Below are positions 1-9,481 of a DNA stretch of 47,816 nucleotides, piece after piece. The stretch is taken from sequence record NC_071003.1. One strand, 5' to 3'. The notes under the pieces were generated by a model, which was not told where the DNA came from, ran no database searches, and saw only the letters and a program-made list of their open reading frames with translations. Numbering within the stretch: the first letter of the stretch is position 1; each line of letters starts with the position of its first letter. This DNA is from Enterobacter phage vB_EclS_CobraSix. A program made the position numbers and the translations under genes.

Positions 1-420
1 ATGGCAAGTCTGACAATTAAGCAAGAGGCTTTCTGTCAGGCATACATCGAAACGGGTAATGCTTCAGAGGCTTATCGGACGGCGTATGCTGCTGACAAGA
101 TGAAGCCAGAAGCAGTGCACGTAAACGCCAGCAAACTTCTGGATAACGCTAAGGTAGCACTAAGGGTGAAAGAACTTCAGGGAGAGATTAAGCAGCGCCA
201 TAACGTTACTGTCGATTCTCTCCTGGCTGAATTGGAAGAGGCCAGGCAGAAAGCCTTGAGCGCAGAAACGCCACAATCATCAGCTGCTGTGGCTGCGACA
301 ATGGGCAAGGCCAAGCTGGTTGGACTGGATAAGCAGATTGTCGATCACACCTCATCCGATGGAACCATGACTCCGAAGCCAACCGTGATCCAGCTACTCC
401 CCGTTGAGCCCAAATCATGA
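1..420 (+). CDS. terS: Terminase small subunit
   Basis: 139-aa ORF whose stop overlaps the start of the large terminase (ATGA). The N-terminal helix-turn-helix-like region resembles phage small terminases. It occupies the first position of the packaging/head module. Confidence 0.65.
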   Translation: MASLTIKQEAFCQAYIETGNASEAYRTAYAADKMKPEAVHVNASKLLDNAKVALRVKELQGEIKQRHNVTVDSLLAELEEARQKALSAETPQSSAAVAATMGKAKLVGLDKQIVDHTSSDGTMTPKPTVIQLLPVEPKS

Positions 421-1670
421 GTAACGCCGTTCAGTTGCCAATCCCCGCAAAGCTTGCGCCACTGTTCACCGCGGTGAATAAGCGTTATCGATGCTCGCAC
501 GGTGGACGTGGCAGCGCCAAGACCCGCACATTCGCGCTGATGACTGCCGTAAAGGCGTATCAGTCGATGATGAACGGTGAAAGCGGCGTGGTGCTCTGCG
601 CGCGTGAGTTCATGAACTCACTGGAAGAGTCTAGTATGCAGGAGGTGAAACAGGCGATCCTGTCTGTACCGTGGCTGGCTTCCAACTTTGATATCGGCGA
701 GAAGTACATCCGCACCATCGACAAGAGCGTTAACTACGTGTTCTGCGGTCTGCGGCATAACCTCGACAGCATCAAGTCGAAAGCGCGCATCCTGCTGTGC
801 TGGGTCGACGAGGCTGAATCAGTCAGCGAAATAGCCTGGCAGAAGCTGAGCCCAACCGTTCGTGAGGAAGGTTCAGAGATTTGGGTGACATGGAACCCGG
901 AGCGCGACGGTAGCGCCACGGATAAGCGTTTCCGTAAAGAGGCCGGCGACGACTGCATCACCGTTGAGATGAACTACACGGATAACCCGTGGTTCCCGGA
1001 CGTGCTGGAAGGCGAGAGGCAGAATGACGAGCGCCGCCTCGACCCGGCAACATACGCATGGGTGTGGGAGGGTGCTTACCTCGAAAATTCCGATAAGCAG
1101 GTGCTGGCCGGGAAATACCGGATCGCTGAGTTCTCAGACGAACTATGGAAAGAGGCCGATCGCCTGTTCTTCGGAGCTGACTTCGGTTTCGCTAAAGACC
1201 CCAACACGCTAGTTCGCTCGTTCATCCTGCACAACCGGCTGTACATCGAATACGAGGCATACGGTCAGCAGACAGAGCTAGACCATATGCCTGAACTATA
1301 TGACACGATTCCCGGTTCGCGTGACTGGCCCATCAAGGCCGACTCCGCTCGACCCGAGACGATCAGCTATCTCAAGCGGCAGGGCTTCAACATCTCAGCC
1401 GCCGAAAAATGGCAGGGTAGCGTTGAGGACGGGATCGCGCATCTTCGCGGCTTCGACGAAATCGTTATCCACCCACGCTGTAAGAACGTGGCGCGAGAGG
1501 CCCGCATGTGGTCTTACAAAACGGACCGCATCACTGGCGAGGTGTTGCCGAAATTGGCCGACGGTTACGAACACTGCTGGGACGGTATTCGCTACAGCCT
1601 TGACGGACACATTAAGCGTAAGGGCCAAATGGCCGGGATGATGATTCCTAAACGCTTACGCACAAGATAG
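417..1670 (+). CDS. terL: Terminase large subunit (ATPase + nuclease)
   Basis: 417 aa with a Walker A-like motif (GGRGSAKT). Translationally coupled to terS and followed by the portal gene. Confidence 0.85.
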   Translation: MSNAVQLPIPAKLAPLFTAVNKRYRCSHGGRGSAKTRTFALMTAVKAYQSMMNGESGVVLCAREFMNSLEESSMQEVKQAILSVPWLASNFDIGEKYIRTIDKSVNYVFCGLRHNLDSIKSKARILLCWVDEAESVSEIAWQKLSPTVREEGSEIWVTWNPERDGSATDKRFRKEAGDDCITVEMNYTDNPWFPDVLEGERQNDERRLDPATYAWVWEGAYLENSDKQVLAGKYRIAEFSDELWKEADRLFFGADFGFAKDPNTLVRSFILHNRLYIEYEAYGQQTELDHMPELYDTIPGSRDWPIKADSARPETISYLKRQGFNISAAEKWQGSVEDGIAHLRGFDEIVIHPRCKNVAREARMWSYKTDRITGEVLPKLADGYEHCWDGIRYSLDGHIKRKGQMAGMMIPKRLRTR

Positions 1671-1739
1671 GTGATGGTTAATTATCATGATAACAGTGTA
1701 AACTCTCTCGCCTCAGCACTGTCATGGAGATAATAAATT

Positions 1740-2156
1740 GTGGTATGGGCAACGTTTTGGTCTGCTGCGTCAGCTATTGCTACAGCAGTCGCTGCGTTAA
1801 TTGCTGCTTGGGCAATGTTTAGGTGGAAGAAGCAGGATGAATTGAAGGCTAAAATGGCATTTAAACTAGCCATTGCTGATTACAAATACTTGATCTTGCA
1901 GATGCCACCTCAGCTAGATACTGATGAGCTACGAGATAAGCACTCCAATGATATAAAAAAACTTACTGACCTTCTTTCTGCTTGTAACCATGCATGGCTC
2001 GTCACAGAAAATTTATTACATTCAAATGATGTAGTTGTTTCTAGCTGGCAAAATATCTTGGACACTCACGGGAAGTACCTTCAAGGTTTCAGATATTCGG
2101 AAGAGTTAGTGATGTATTGCGATGCTATTCTTGCAAGGAAATTTATTTTTACTTGA
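1740..2156 (+). CDS. Membrane-anchored hypothetical protein (AT-rich moron between terminase and portal)
   Basis: 138 aa with a GTG start and an N-terminal TM helix (WSAASAIATAVAALIAAWAMF). The region is AT-rich relative to its flanks and ends in its own rho-independent terminator. Confidence 0.5.
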   Translation: MVWATFWSAASAIATAVAALIAAWAMFRWKKQDELKAKMAFKLAIADYKYLILQMPPQLDTDELRDKHSNDIKKLTDLLSACNHAWLVTENLLHSNDVVVSSWQNILDTHGKYLQGFRYSEELVMYCDAILARKFIFT

Positions 2157-2173
2157 ACGTAAAATATACATAT

Positions 2174-2200
2174 GAGGTCGCTCCGGCGGCCTTTTTTATT
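2174..2200 (+). terminator. Rho-independent terminator (family A: GGTCGCTCCGGCGGCC + T-run)
   Basis: GC hairpin followed by TTTTTTATT. Near-identical copies occur at 9443-9467 and 44247-44270. Confidence 0.6.
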
Positions 2201-2226
2201 GCCTAAATTCCACTAACGGACAATCC

Positions 2227-3576
2227 ATGACTGACAAATTAACTCTCGCCGTCAACCATGCGTTGAACGATGCGCGGATGGCTCGCGCCCGAATGGGGCT
2301 GATGGCGCCTACAATGGGGCTGGACAATAAGCGTCATTCCGCATGGTGCGAATATGGCTTCCCTGAGCAGGTAACCTACGAAAACCTCTACGCCCTGTAC
2401 CGGCGCGGAGGTATCGCTCACGGTGCAGTTGAGAAGCTGGTGGGTAAGTGCTGGCAGACGAACCCGGAAATTATCGAGGGTGACGACGCCGACGAGAGCG
2501 AGGACGAAACCACCTGGGAGAAGAACACCAAAAAGGTTTTCACAAAGCGCCTATGGCGGGCTTTTGCTGAAGCAGACCGCCGCCGCCTGGTTGGTCGCTA
2601 TGCTGGTATCTTGCTGCACATCAATGATTCCAGATCGTGGGATCAGCCAGTTATTCGCGGAAAGTCACTCAAAAAGGTAACGATCGCATGGGCTGGATCT
2701 TTAACTGTTAATCAGTGGGTAACTGACCAGAATTCGGCAGATTACGGACAGCCAAAGCAGTGGAAATACGTTGAGAGCTTGCCAAACGGCGGAACTAATC
2801 AGCGCTTTGTGCATCCTGATCGCGTCTTCATCTTGGGAGACTACTCGAATGATGCCATTGGCTTCCTTGAACCACCTTATAACGCCTTTGTCAGTCTCGA
2901 AAAGGTAGAGGGCGGGTCTGGTGAATCGTTCCTGAAAAATGCCTCAAACAAGCAGGCAATAAACTTTGAAAAGGACATCGACTTTGCGAATTTGGCTTCT
3001 CTGTATGGCGTCTCGGTAGATGAACTTCAGGAGCGCTATAACGAAGCTGCCAGAGAGCTGAATGTTGGTAACGATGTACTCCTGATCACCCAGGGTGCGC
3101 AGGTTACGTCGATGGTCTCTGCTGTTTCTGACCCTTCGCCTACTTACAATGTCAACCTTCAGACAGCCTCGGCTGGGGTGGATATTCCGGCGCGTATTCT
3201 TGTCGGCAATCAGCAAGCTGAGCGTTCAAGCACTGAAGATCAGAAGTATTTCAACGGTCGCTGCCAGTCACGGAGAGGTGACCTGTCATTCGAAATTGAA
3301 GACTTCAGTGACAAGCTCATTGACCTGAAAATCATTGATGCTGTCAGCGAGAAGACGGTTATCTGGGATGACCTCAACGAGCAGACAGGAACTGAGAAAC
3401 TCGCCAATGCCAAAACCATGGCAGAGATTAACCAGACGTTCCAGGGCAGCGGAGAGAATCCGGCATTCAGCCGCGAAGAAATTCGCACAGCTGCCGGTTA
3501 TGAAAACGTCGATGAATTCCCGTTAGGAGAAGAGGATGGCGACGAAGAAGACGAAGCCACCGATTCTGCCGCGTAA
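2227..3576 (+). CDS. Portal protein
   Basis: 449 aa, located immediately after the terminase, with an acidic C-terminal tail (EEDGDEEDEATD). Position and size are typical of a portal. Confidence 0.7.
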   Translation: MTDKLTLAVNHALNDARMARARMGLMAPTMGLDNKRHSAWCEYGFPEQVTYENLYALYRRGGIAHGAVEKLVGKCWQTNPEIIEGDDADESEDETTWEKNTKKVFTKRLWRAFAEADRRRLVGRYAGILLHINDSRSWDQPVIRGKSLKKVTIAWAGSLTVNQWVTDQNSADYGQPKQWKYVESLPNGGTNQRFVHPDRVFILGDYSNDAIGFLEPPYNAFVSLEKVEGGSGESFLKNASNKQAINFEKDIDFANLASLYGVSVDELQERYNEAARELNVGNDVLLITQGAQVTSMVSAVSDPSPTYNVNLQTASAGVDIPARILVGNQQAERSSTEDQKYFNGRCQSRRGDLSFEIEDFSDKLIDLKIIDAVSEKTVIWDDLNEQTGTEKLANAKTMAEINQTFQGSGENPAFSREEIRTAAGYENVDEFPLGEEDGDEEDEATDSAA

Positions 3577-4462
3577 CTATCAGGATCCGACCGGGGCCGA
3601 TGCGCTGGAACGCCGGGCAATGAAAGACTTCGCCAGGCGAATGAATAAGATTGGCAAAGCGTACAAATCAGCACTCGACAAAATACCTTCCTCCCTTGCA
3701 GTAAACGCCAGATACGAATACCAGCTAAACCCAACGCTACTCTCCATCATTCTGAACGATGCCAGTTACCTGGTGGATCAGGTGCTGCTTGAAGGTGGCG
3801 ATTACGACCTGTGGTTTTACGAGTACATCGACCTGGCATCAGAGAAAGGTACCGGGCAGTCGTTTTACAACCTCAGCCAGCAATCACCGGCTTATGCCGC
3901 TGGGCGTGAATCTCTCGCCTCTATCCTCGCAAGTGACCCATATCAGCAACGAATGGCGCTGGTTCACGCGCGTGTTTTTGAAGAGATGAAAGGTCTAAGC
4001 GCAGATGTTAAGCGCGACATGGCGCGCGTGCTGACTGATGGCGTGGGACGTGGGCTCAATCCGCTGGACATTGCCCGCAACCTGACAGACCAGACCGGCA
4101 TCGAGAAGCGCCGGGCAAACCGTATAGCACGCACTGAAGTGACTACCGCGCTGCGCCGGGCGAAGTGGGATGAAGACCAGGAGGCGAATGACCTTTACGG
4201 CCTTAAAACGCTTCTGGTTCACATCTCGGCTCTGTCACCGACAACGCGACATACCCACGCAGTGCGCCATGCCCACCTATACACCAATGAAGAGGTCCGT
4301 GACTGGTACAGCAAGGATGGCAACTCCATCAACTGCAAATGCAGCCAGCAGTCGGTGCTGGTGGATGCGGACGGTAAACCGGAATACCCGGACGCCATCA
4401 CGAAACTCAAACAGGAATACAAATCGATGCAGGCGCGCGGTTACGCCTGGGCGGAGGAATAA
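3536..4462 (+). CDS. Head morphogenesis protein (SPP1 gp7 / Mu F-like)
   Basis: 308 aa overlapping the portal stop, in the position of a minor head protein. Confidence 0.6.
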   Translation: MATKKTKPPILPRNYQDPTGADALERRAMKDFARRMNKIGKAYKSALDKIPSSLAVNARYEYQLNPTLLSIILNDASYLVDQVLLEGGDYDLWFYEYIDLASEKGTGQSFYNLSQQSPAYAAGRESLASILASDPYQQRMALVHARVFEEMKGLSADVKRDMARVLTDGVGRGLNPLDIARNLTDQTGIEKRRANRIARTEVTTALRRAKWDEDQEANDLYGLKTLLVHISALSPTTRHTHAVRHAHLYTNEEVRDWYSKDGNSINCKCSQQSVLVDADGKPEYPDAITKLKQEYKSMQARGYAWAEE

Positions 4463-4464
4463 CT

Positions 4465-5730
4465 ATGCCTATGCAGGTCAACATCACCACGAAGGTGAAC
4501 AGTCAGTCTATCCGGCGCGAAACACATAACGGTCGGGAGCATCTGGTGCTGCCGAGCTATACGCTGCCGGCCAACGTAGTCATGAACGGCGGTCTGTACA
4601 CGGCGGAGGAAATCGACGCCCACTATCAGGGTCTGGAAGGTACCCTGGCGCCACTGGGTCACCCGCAGGTAAACGGTGAATTCGTATCTGCTTTCTCACC
4701 GGAGGGGCTTGTTGTTGGATTTGTAGGTGCCTGGAATCGCAACGTCAAGAAGTCCGGCAATCGAATCTACCTCGAGAAATGGGTTGATGTATCTAAAGCT
4801 GAGGAGTCACCAGGTGGTCGCGAGCTACTTGAGCGTGTTGCAGCTATCGAGCGTGGCGATGACGTACCGCCCATTCATACCAGTGTCGCCGCTTTCCTCG
4901 ACCAGCTTGAGCCTAACGAACAACAGAGAGCTACGGGCGCCGAGTGGGTGGCGAAGATTCACAGCATGGACCATGACGCCATTCTGTTGCATGAGGTTGG
5001 CGCGGCGACACCAGAGCAGGGCGTGGGCCTGATGGTCAACGCAGACCTCGCGCAGCCTTTGAGGGCTAATTCAGGCGCGTTGGTGGGTGAATCCTACCGT
5101 GAGCGTGAACAGCGTCTCGATCGCGCAGCCAAAGCGAAGTTTGCGGCTGGCGCGGATGAATACGCCTGGATTGCTGACTTCACTGACTCGCAAGCGGTAA
5201 TCATCCGCAACGGCGGCACCGCTGAGGTGTTTAGCTACAAGTCTGAGGGCGGCGTTATCACCTTCGATGATACCGGCACCGCAGTGGCGCGCCAGGAGTC
5301 GTGGGTCGCAGTCGTGGCTAACAAATTCAAAGCTCTATTCACACCGCAGGAACAGCCTGCACCAAACCACAAAACGGAGGGCGACATGCCTTTAACCACT
5401 GAAGAGAAACAAGAGCTGATCAGCGAAATCGGTAAAGGCCTGGCCGCAAACTTCGCCGAAGCCCTGAACCCGATTAAGGATGCGATCACCGGCCTACAGG
5501 CCAATCAGGACAAGCTTGCTGAAACGCTAACTGCAAACTCTCGTGCGGAAGAAAAAACAAAGCGTGATGCGGTTGCTGCGGTTCATGGCGACATCGTGGC
5601 TAACGCACTGTCAGGCGAAGCGCTGGACGCCATGTTCAAGTCGCTGGGCGAAGCTGCTCCGCTGGGTGCTAACAATGCACAGCAGAACAAAGAAACCGGC
5701 GCACCTGCCGCTGACGAACACTTCAAGTAA
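4465..5730 (+). CDS. Putative prohead protease/scaffold protein (DUF2213-like)
   Basis: 421 aa sitting between the morphogenesis protein and the capsid gene. Has a coiled, charged C-terminal half and a good SD (GAGGAA). Confidence 0.5.
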   Translation: MPMQVNITTKVNSQSIRRETHNGREHLVLPSYTLPANVVMNGGLYTAEEIDAHYQGLEGTLAPLGHPQVNGEFVSAFSPEGLVVGFVGAWNRNVKKSGNRIYLEKWVDVSKAEESPGGRELLERVAAIERGDDVPPIHTSVAAFLDQLEPNEQQRATGAEWVAKIHSMDHDAILLHEVGAATPEQGVGLMVNADLAQPLRANSGALVGESYREREQRLDRAAKAKFAAGADEYAWIADFTDSQAVIIRNGGTAEVFSYKSEGGVITFDDTGTAVARQESWVAVVANKFKALFTPQEQPAPNHKTEGDMPLTTEEKQELISEIGKGLAANFAEALNPIKDAITGLQANQDKLAETLTANSRAEEKTKRDAVAAVHGDIVANALSGEALDAMFKSLGEAAPLGANNAQQNKETGAPAADEHFK

Positions 5731-5742
5731 GGAGCCGGAATA

Positions 5743-6192
5743 ATGCCACGTTATCGTCGCGTTAATATCGACGGTCAGTCTCTGTACAAGACCGAAACCC
5801 GCACTACGGCCGCCGCGCTGCTTCCGGGCACCGCCGCAACCATCAACTCTTCCGATAAGTTTGCACAGGCCACCGCGCTAACCGGCCGCCTGTACATCAT
5901 CGATGTCGGTTATCACCAGGGCCTGACCATCACCGAATCAATCCCAGCCGGTGATTCGGCAGTAGGCAACTACGTCGAAGAAGGTCGTGAGCTTGCGCTG
6001 CGTTGCCTGCCTGGTGCGTATAAAAAAGACAGCCCGATCAAGCTGGGTACTGCCGGTCAGTTTACCCTGGCAACCGATGACACTGATTCAGTGATCGGAT
6101 ACAGCCAGGATGAATACACCATCGCGGCCAGCACCACCGACTTCATCCGCGTGCGCATGCGCGTTGGCACTGCCGCCGCTGCTGGCGCGTAA
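5743..6192 (+). CDS. Head decoration/structural protein
   Basis: 149 aa immediately upstream of the major capsid gene, Ala/Thr-rich, with a strong SD (AAGGAG). Confidence 0.4.
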   Translation: MPRYRRVNIDGQSLYKTETRTTAAALLPGTAATINSSDKFAQATALTGRLYIIDVGYHQGLTITESIPAGDSAVGNYVEEGRELALRCLPGAYKKDSPIKLGTAGQFTLATDDTDSVIGYSQDEYTIAASTTDFIRVRMRVGTAAAAGA

Positions 6193-6209
6193 CAAAAGGA
6201 CAAAAACAT

Positions 6210-7286
6210 ATGTACTTCTCAAAAGAGACGCTGGCGACTAACTCCCGCCTTGGCGGGCACTGGAGTGAGCTGTGGGCAAACCGCAACATGTGGAACCTAC
6301 AGAACGATTCCATCATTGCGGCTAACCGCGCAATCATGACGCCTGACATGCTGGCCTGTAACGCCGTTGGCGGTTTTTCCCGTGACTTCTGGGCTGAGAT
6401 TGACAACCAGGTGCTGCAACTGCGGGATCAGGAAGTTGGCATGGAAATCGTGAACGACCTGATCGGAGTTCAGACGGTGCTGCCGGTCGGTAAAACCGCC
6501 AAGCTGTATAACGTGGTTGGCGACATCGCTGATGACGTGTCAGTAAGCATCGATGGCCAGGCGCCGTTCTCCTTCGACCACACTGACTACGCGAGCGACG
6601 GTGACCCGATTCCGGTGTTCACTGCTGGCTACGGTGTTAACTGGCGTCATGCTGCTGGCCTTAACTCTGTAGGCATTGATCTGGTGCTGGATTCGCAGAT
6701 GGCGAAGATGCGCAAGTTCAACCAGAAGCGCGTCAACTACTACCTGAACGGCGATTCAAAAATTCAGGTTCAGTCCTATCCTGCGCAGGGCATCAAGAAC
6801 CACCGCAACACCAAGAAGATTAACCTCGGATCTGGTGCTGGTGGCGCGAACATCGACCTGACCACCGCTGACATGACTGCGATCTTCGCATTCTTCGGTA
6901 AAGGGGCATTCGGTACAACCGCGCGCACCAACAAAGTCGCCGCATACGATGTGATGTGGGTTTCCCCGGAAATCTGGGCAAACCTGGCGCAGCCGTACGT
7001 GGTGAATGGCGTTGTAAGCGGCACTGTATTGCAGGCGGTTCTGCCGTTCGCGCCGGTGAAAGAAATCCGCATGAGCTTCGCGCTGACCGGTAACGAGTTT
7101 ATCGCGTACGTTCGTCGCCGTGACGTGATCTCTCCACTGGTGGGCATGGCCGTAGGTGTTGTTCCGCTGCCGCGCCCAATGCCTAACGTTAACTACAACT
7201 TCCAGATCATGTCTGCTGAAGGTCTGCAAATTACCGCAGACGATCAGGGCCTGTCCGGCGTTGTCTACGGCGCTAACCTGGCGTAA
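6210..7286 (+). CDS. Major capsid protein
   Basis: 358 aa at the canonical position after scaffold/decoration genes, with a strong SD (AAAAGGA). Confidence 0.7.
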   Translation: MYFSKETLATNSRLGGHWSELWANRNMWNLQNDSIIAANRAIMTPDMLACNAVGGFSRDFWAEIDNQVLQLRDQEVGMEIVNDLIGVQTVLPVGKTAKLYNVVGDIADDVSVSIDGQAPFSFDHTDYASDGDPIPVFTAGYGVNWRHAAGLNSVGIDLVLDSQMAKMRKFNQKRVNYYLNGDSKIQVQSYPAQGIKNHRNTKKINLGSGAGGANIDLTTADMTAIFAFFGKGAFGTTARTNKVAAYDVMWVSPEIWANLAQPYVVNGVVSGTVLQAVLPFAPVKEIRMSFALTGNEFIAYVRRRDVISPLVGMAVGVVPLPRPMPNVNYNFQIMSAEGLQITADDQGLSGVVYGANLA

Positions 7287-7295
7287 GGAAACAGC

Positions 7296-7589
7296 ATGGC
7301 TAAATACGAAGTTGTCCGCCCATGGTTCGGCGTGAATGTTGGCGACGTGGTGGAGTTGAAAGAGCTTCACCCGGCGTTGAAGTCTAACGTTCGGCTGATG
7401 AAAGGTGAGGCTGGTGGTGAGCTGAAACCTGCGACACCTGATGCCGGTACCAGTGAGAAATCTCGCAAAGAGATTATTCAGAACCGCCTGACTGAACTGG
7501 GCATTGAGTTCAAAGGCACCCTGGGCGCTGAAAAGCTCAGTGAGCTGTTGCCGGATGGCGAACTCGAAAAGCTTTTTCCTGCTGAATAA
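7296..7589 (+). CDS. Small head-associated protein with HeH/SAP-like C-terminal motif
   Basis: 97 aa. The C-terminal region IIQNRLTELGIEFKGTLGAEKLSELL resembles a HeH/Rho-N fold. Followed by a terminator. Confidence 0.4.
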   Translation: MAKYEVVRPWFGVNVGDVVELKELHPALKSNVRLMKGEAGGELKPATPDAGTSEKSRKEIIQNRLTELGIEFKGTLGAEKLSELLPDGELEKLFPAE

Positions 7590-7591
7590 CA

Positions 7592-7634
7592 GCCGCCGCT
7601 AAGGCGGTTTTTTATGCCCCGCTCCGGCGGGGTA
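7592..7634 (+). terminator. Tandem hairpins / terminator after the capsid operon
   Basis: GCCGCC-loop-GGCGG + TTTTTTAT, then a CCCCGCTCCGGCGGGG hairpin. Confidence 0.5.
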
Positions 7635-7737
7635 ATAATGATTAATATCTGCGCTAATGGTAAAATAAGCGAGCCGGGGAATGCGTCAACATTGCCCCGG
7701 CCCTAACCAATTATTTACCTATAGCGGAGGTAAAATC

Positions 7738-8229
7738 ATGGCGAAAATCATTCTATCCGAATTTCTTGTTTACGATCCAACATCTGATACTGGCTTGAGG
7801 TGGAAAACTAAGCGAGGAAAGATGAAGGCTGGATCTGTCGCTGGAAGCTATAGCTCTACTCGTGGAGACTATGTCGTTTGGCTGTTTGGGAAACGGTATG
7901 CTGCGCATCGCATAGTTTGGGAGCTGAATAATGGCTCAATTCCTGATGGTCATGATATTGATCATGCGGACGGTGATAGAAAGAACAACGAGATACGCAA
8001 CCTTAGAATAGCTACTACATCGCAAAACCTCTGGAACATGAGAACCCCTTCCCATAATACCAGCGGAGTTAAGGGCTTGTGTTTCGTGAAGTCATCAGGG
8101 CTTTGGCTTGGGCAAATTGTCGCTAATGGTGTCAGCCATAAGAAAAAATCAAAGTCCAGACAAGTGGTTGAGGAATGGCTTTTAGAAACAAGAAATAAAG
8201 TCCATGGCGATTTTGCCAGACATGAATAA
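7738..8229 (+). CDS. HNH homing endonuclease (HNH_3 + AP2-like domain)
   Basis: Motif DGHDIDHADGDRKNNEIRNLRIATTSQN with an SD GGAGGT. Inserted between head genes and flanked by terminator hairpins; lower GC than its surroundings. Confidence 0.8.
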   Translation: MAKIILSEFLVYDPTSDTGLRWKTKRGKMKAGSVAGSYSSTRGDYVVWLFGKRYAAHRIVWELNNGSIPDGHDIDHADGDRKNNEIRNLRIATTSQNLWNMRTPSHNTSGVKGLCFVKSSGLWLGQIVANGVSHKKKSKSRQVVEEWLLETRNKVHGDFARHE

Positions 8230-8234
8230 ACAGA

Positions 8235-8259
8235 AACCCGCTCCGGCGGGTTTTCTTTT
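8235..8259 (+). terminator. Rho-independent terminator (family B: AACCCGCTCCGGCGGGTTTTCTTTT)
   Basis: Perfect hairpin plus a T-run. An identical 25-mer occurs at 10343-10368. Confidence 0.6.
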
Positions 8260-8272
8260 GAGAGTGGTTACC

Positions 8273-8674
8273 ATGGTTACTATAGAAGAAGCCACTGAGT
8301 ACTTATCGAGTGTCGGCATTGAGTTGCCAAATTTTGTTCTTCAGGCTCTCGTCGACCAGGCCAACAGCATCCAGGAGTGTCTTGATGCGCATTATCCGGC
8401 ATCGACCGCTCTGCTGATTCAGCTCTATCTGCTGGCGCTTATGGGACTCGGGCAGGGGGACAAATACATCTCCAGCCAGACGGCTCCAAGCGGGGCGTCG
8501 CGCTCTTTTCGGTATCAGTCGTTCACCGATCGCTGGAAAGCATCAGTGAACCTGCTGCGCGGGCTGGATAAGTACGGCTGCGCCACTGCCCTTATTCCTG
8601 CCGACCCTACCGCCACCCCGGCATTCGCTGGTATTTGGATCGGGAAGGGCGGCTGCATGTGCGGCGACAAGTGA
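8273..8674 (+). CDS. Head-tail connector / head completion protein
   Basis: About 133 aa starting at the ATG after the terminator hairpin, in the connector position. Confidence 0.45.
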   Translation: MVTIEEATEYLSSVGIELPNFVLQALVDQANSIQECLDAHYPASTALLIQLYLLALMGLGQGDKYISSQTAPSGASRSFRYQSFTDRWKASVNLLRGLDKYGCATALIPADPTATPAFAGIWIGKGGCMCGDK

Positions 8675-8676
8675 TG

Positions 8677-8844
8677 ACGTACAAATCAGTTAAGCACGGG
8701 CTACCGCGCTCGTTCACCCGCGTCTGGGTGATGACCGACACAGGGCGGGAGACTACCGGCTACGTGAAATCGGACGGCGAGTGGCATATCAACTGCGCGC
8801 GCATCCGGGCGACTGGCGCGAAGGTATTGAGATGGAGGGAGTGA
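8677..8844 (+). CDS. Small hypothetical structural-module protein
   Basis: 55-aa ORF between connector genes. Weakly supported. Confidence 0.3.
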   Translation, partial: TYKSVKHGLPRSFTRVWVMTDTGRETTGYVKSDGEWHINCARIRATGAKVLRWRE

Positions 8845-8965
8845 TGCAAAAGAACGGTCAGCAAGCAGAGGTCGAGACTTTGGTTTTGGATCCAGCCAGG
8901 CATTCGCTTTTTATTGGCGGGCAGAAGTTACCCGGCGTTACGTCGATTCAGATGGAGGTTCGCAG

Positions 8966-9315
8966 TGAGCAATGTTGCGAATTGGAGCTACACCGCGACA
9001 GCGACCATCTGGCGCAAGCTGGAAGTCAATGACGAATACGGAGACCCGCTGGGCTATGCCGAACCTGAGCAAATCCTCTGTGATTACGAAGGCGGGCTCA
9101 GCAAGAAGTTAGCCAGCCTAGGTGCAGAAATCGTCGTGAAGAACACCGTCTGGACGGAGTTCGCGCTGGCGGCCGCAGGTGATTACCTGCTGATAGGCGT
9201 GTCTACTGAAGCTGACCCGGTTGTGGCCGGGGCTGACGAGGTGCGGCAGGTGATCCGCTATGCCGACACGTTCGAACGGCTGACTGATGATTACGCGATA
9301 CTAACTGGCGTATGA
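8966..9315 (+). CDS. Head-tail joining protein
   Basis: 116 aa from a GTG preceded by GGAGGT, in the head-closure position. Confidence 0.45.
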
Positions 9316-9335
9316 TTTCAACGGAGGTGCTCTGA

Positions 9336-9443
9336 TGTGGATCAGCTTGACAGTTATAATTCTCGGTGTTGCAACTATCGCGATTTCCTCCAGAAGCATT
9401 TACGAGATGTGGCGATGGCTACGCGAGAATCAGAAAAACTAAG
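9336..9443 (+). CDS. 35-aa single-TM peptide (moron)
   Basis: MWISLTVIILGVATIAISSRSIYEMWRWLRENQKN. SD ACGGAGGTG lies 6 nt upstream, and the stop runs straight into a family-A terminator. Confidence 0.4.
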
Positions 9444-9467
9444 GTCGCTTCGGCGGCCTTTTTTCTT
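9443..9467 (+). terminator. Rho-independent terminator (family A copy)
   Basis: GGTCGCTTCGGCGGCC + TTTTTTCTT. Confidence 0.6.
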
Positions 9468-9481
9468 GCCTGGAGAAAACT

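Noticed and set aside
6756-7370. 204-aa minus-strand ORF antisense to the major capsid gene
   Set aside because: Entirely within a strongly supported coding gene on the opposite strand. No RBS, atypical composition.
8844-9032. 62-aa ORF with a GGAGGGA SD overlapping the next gene's start by 66 nt
   Set aside because: It may be real, but the large overlap with the better-supported GTG-start head-tail joining gene makes it ambiguous. Not called.
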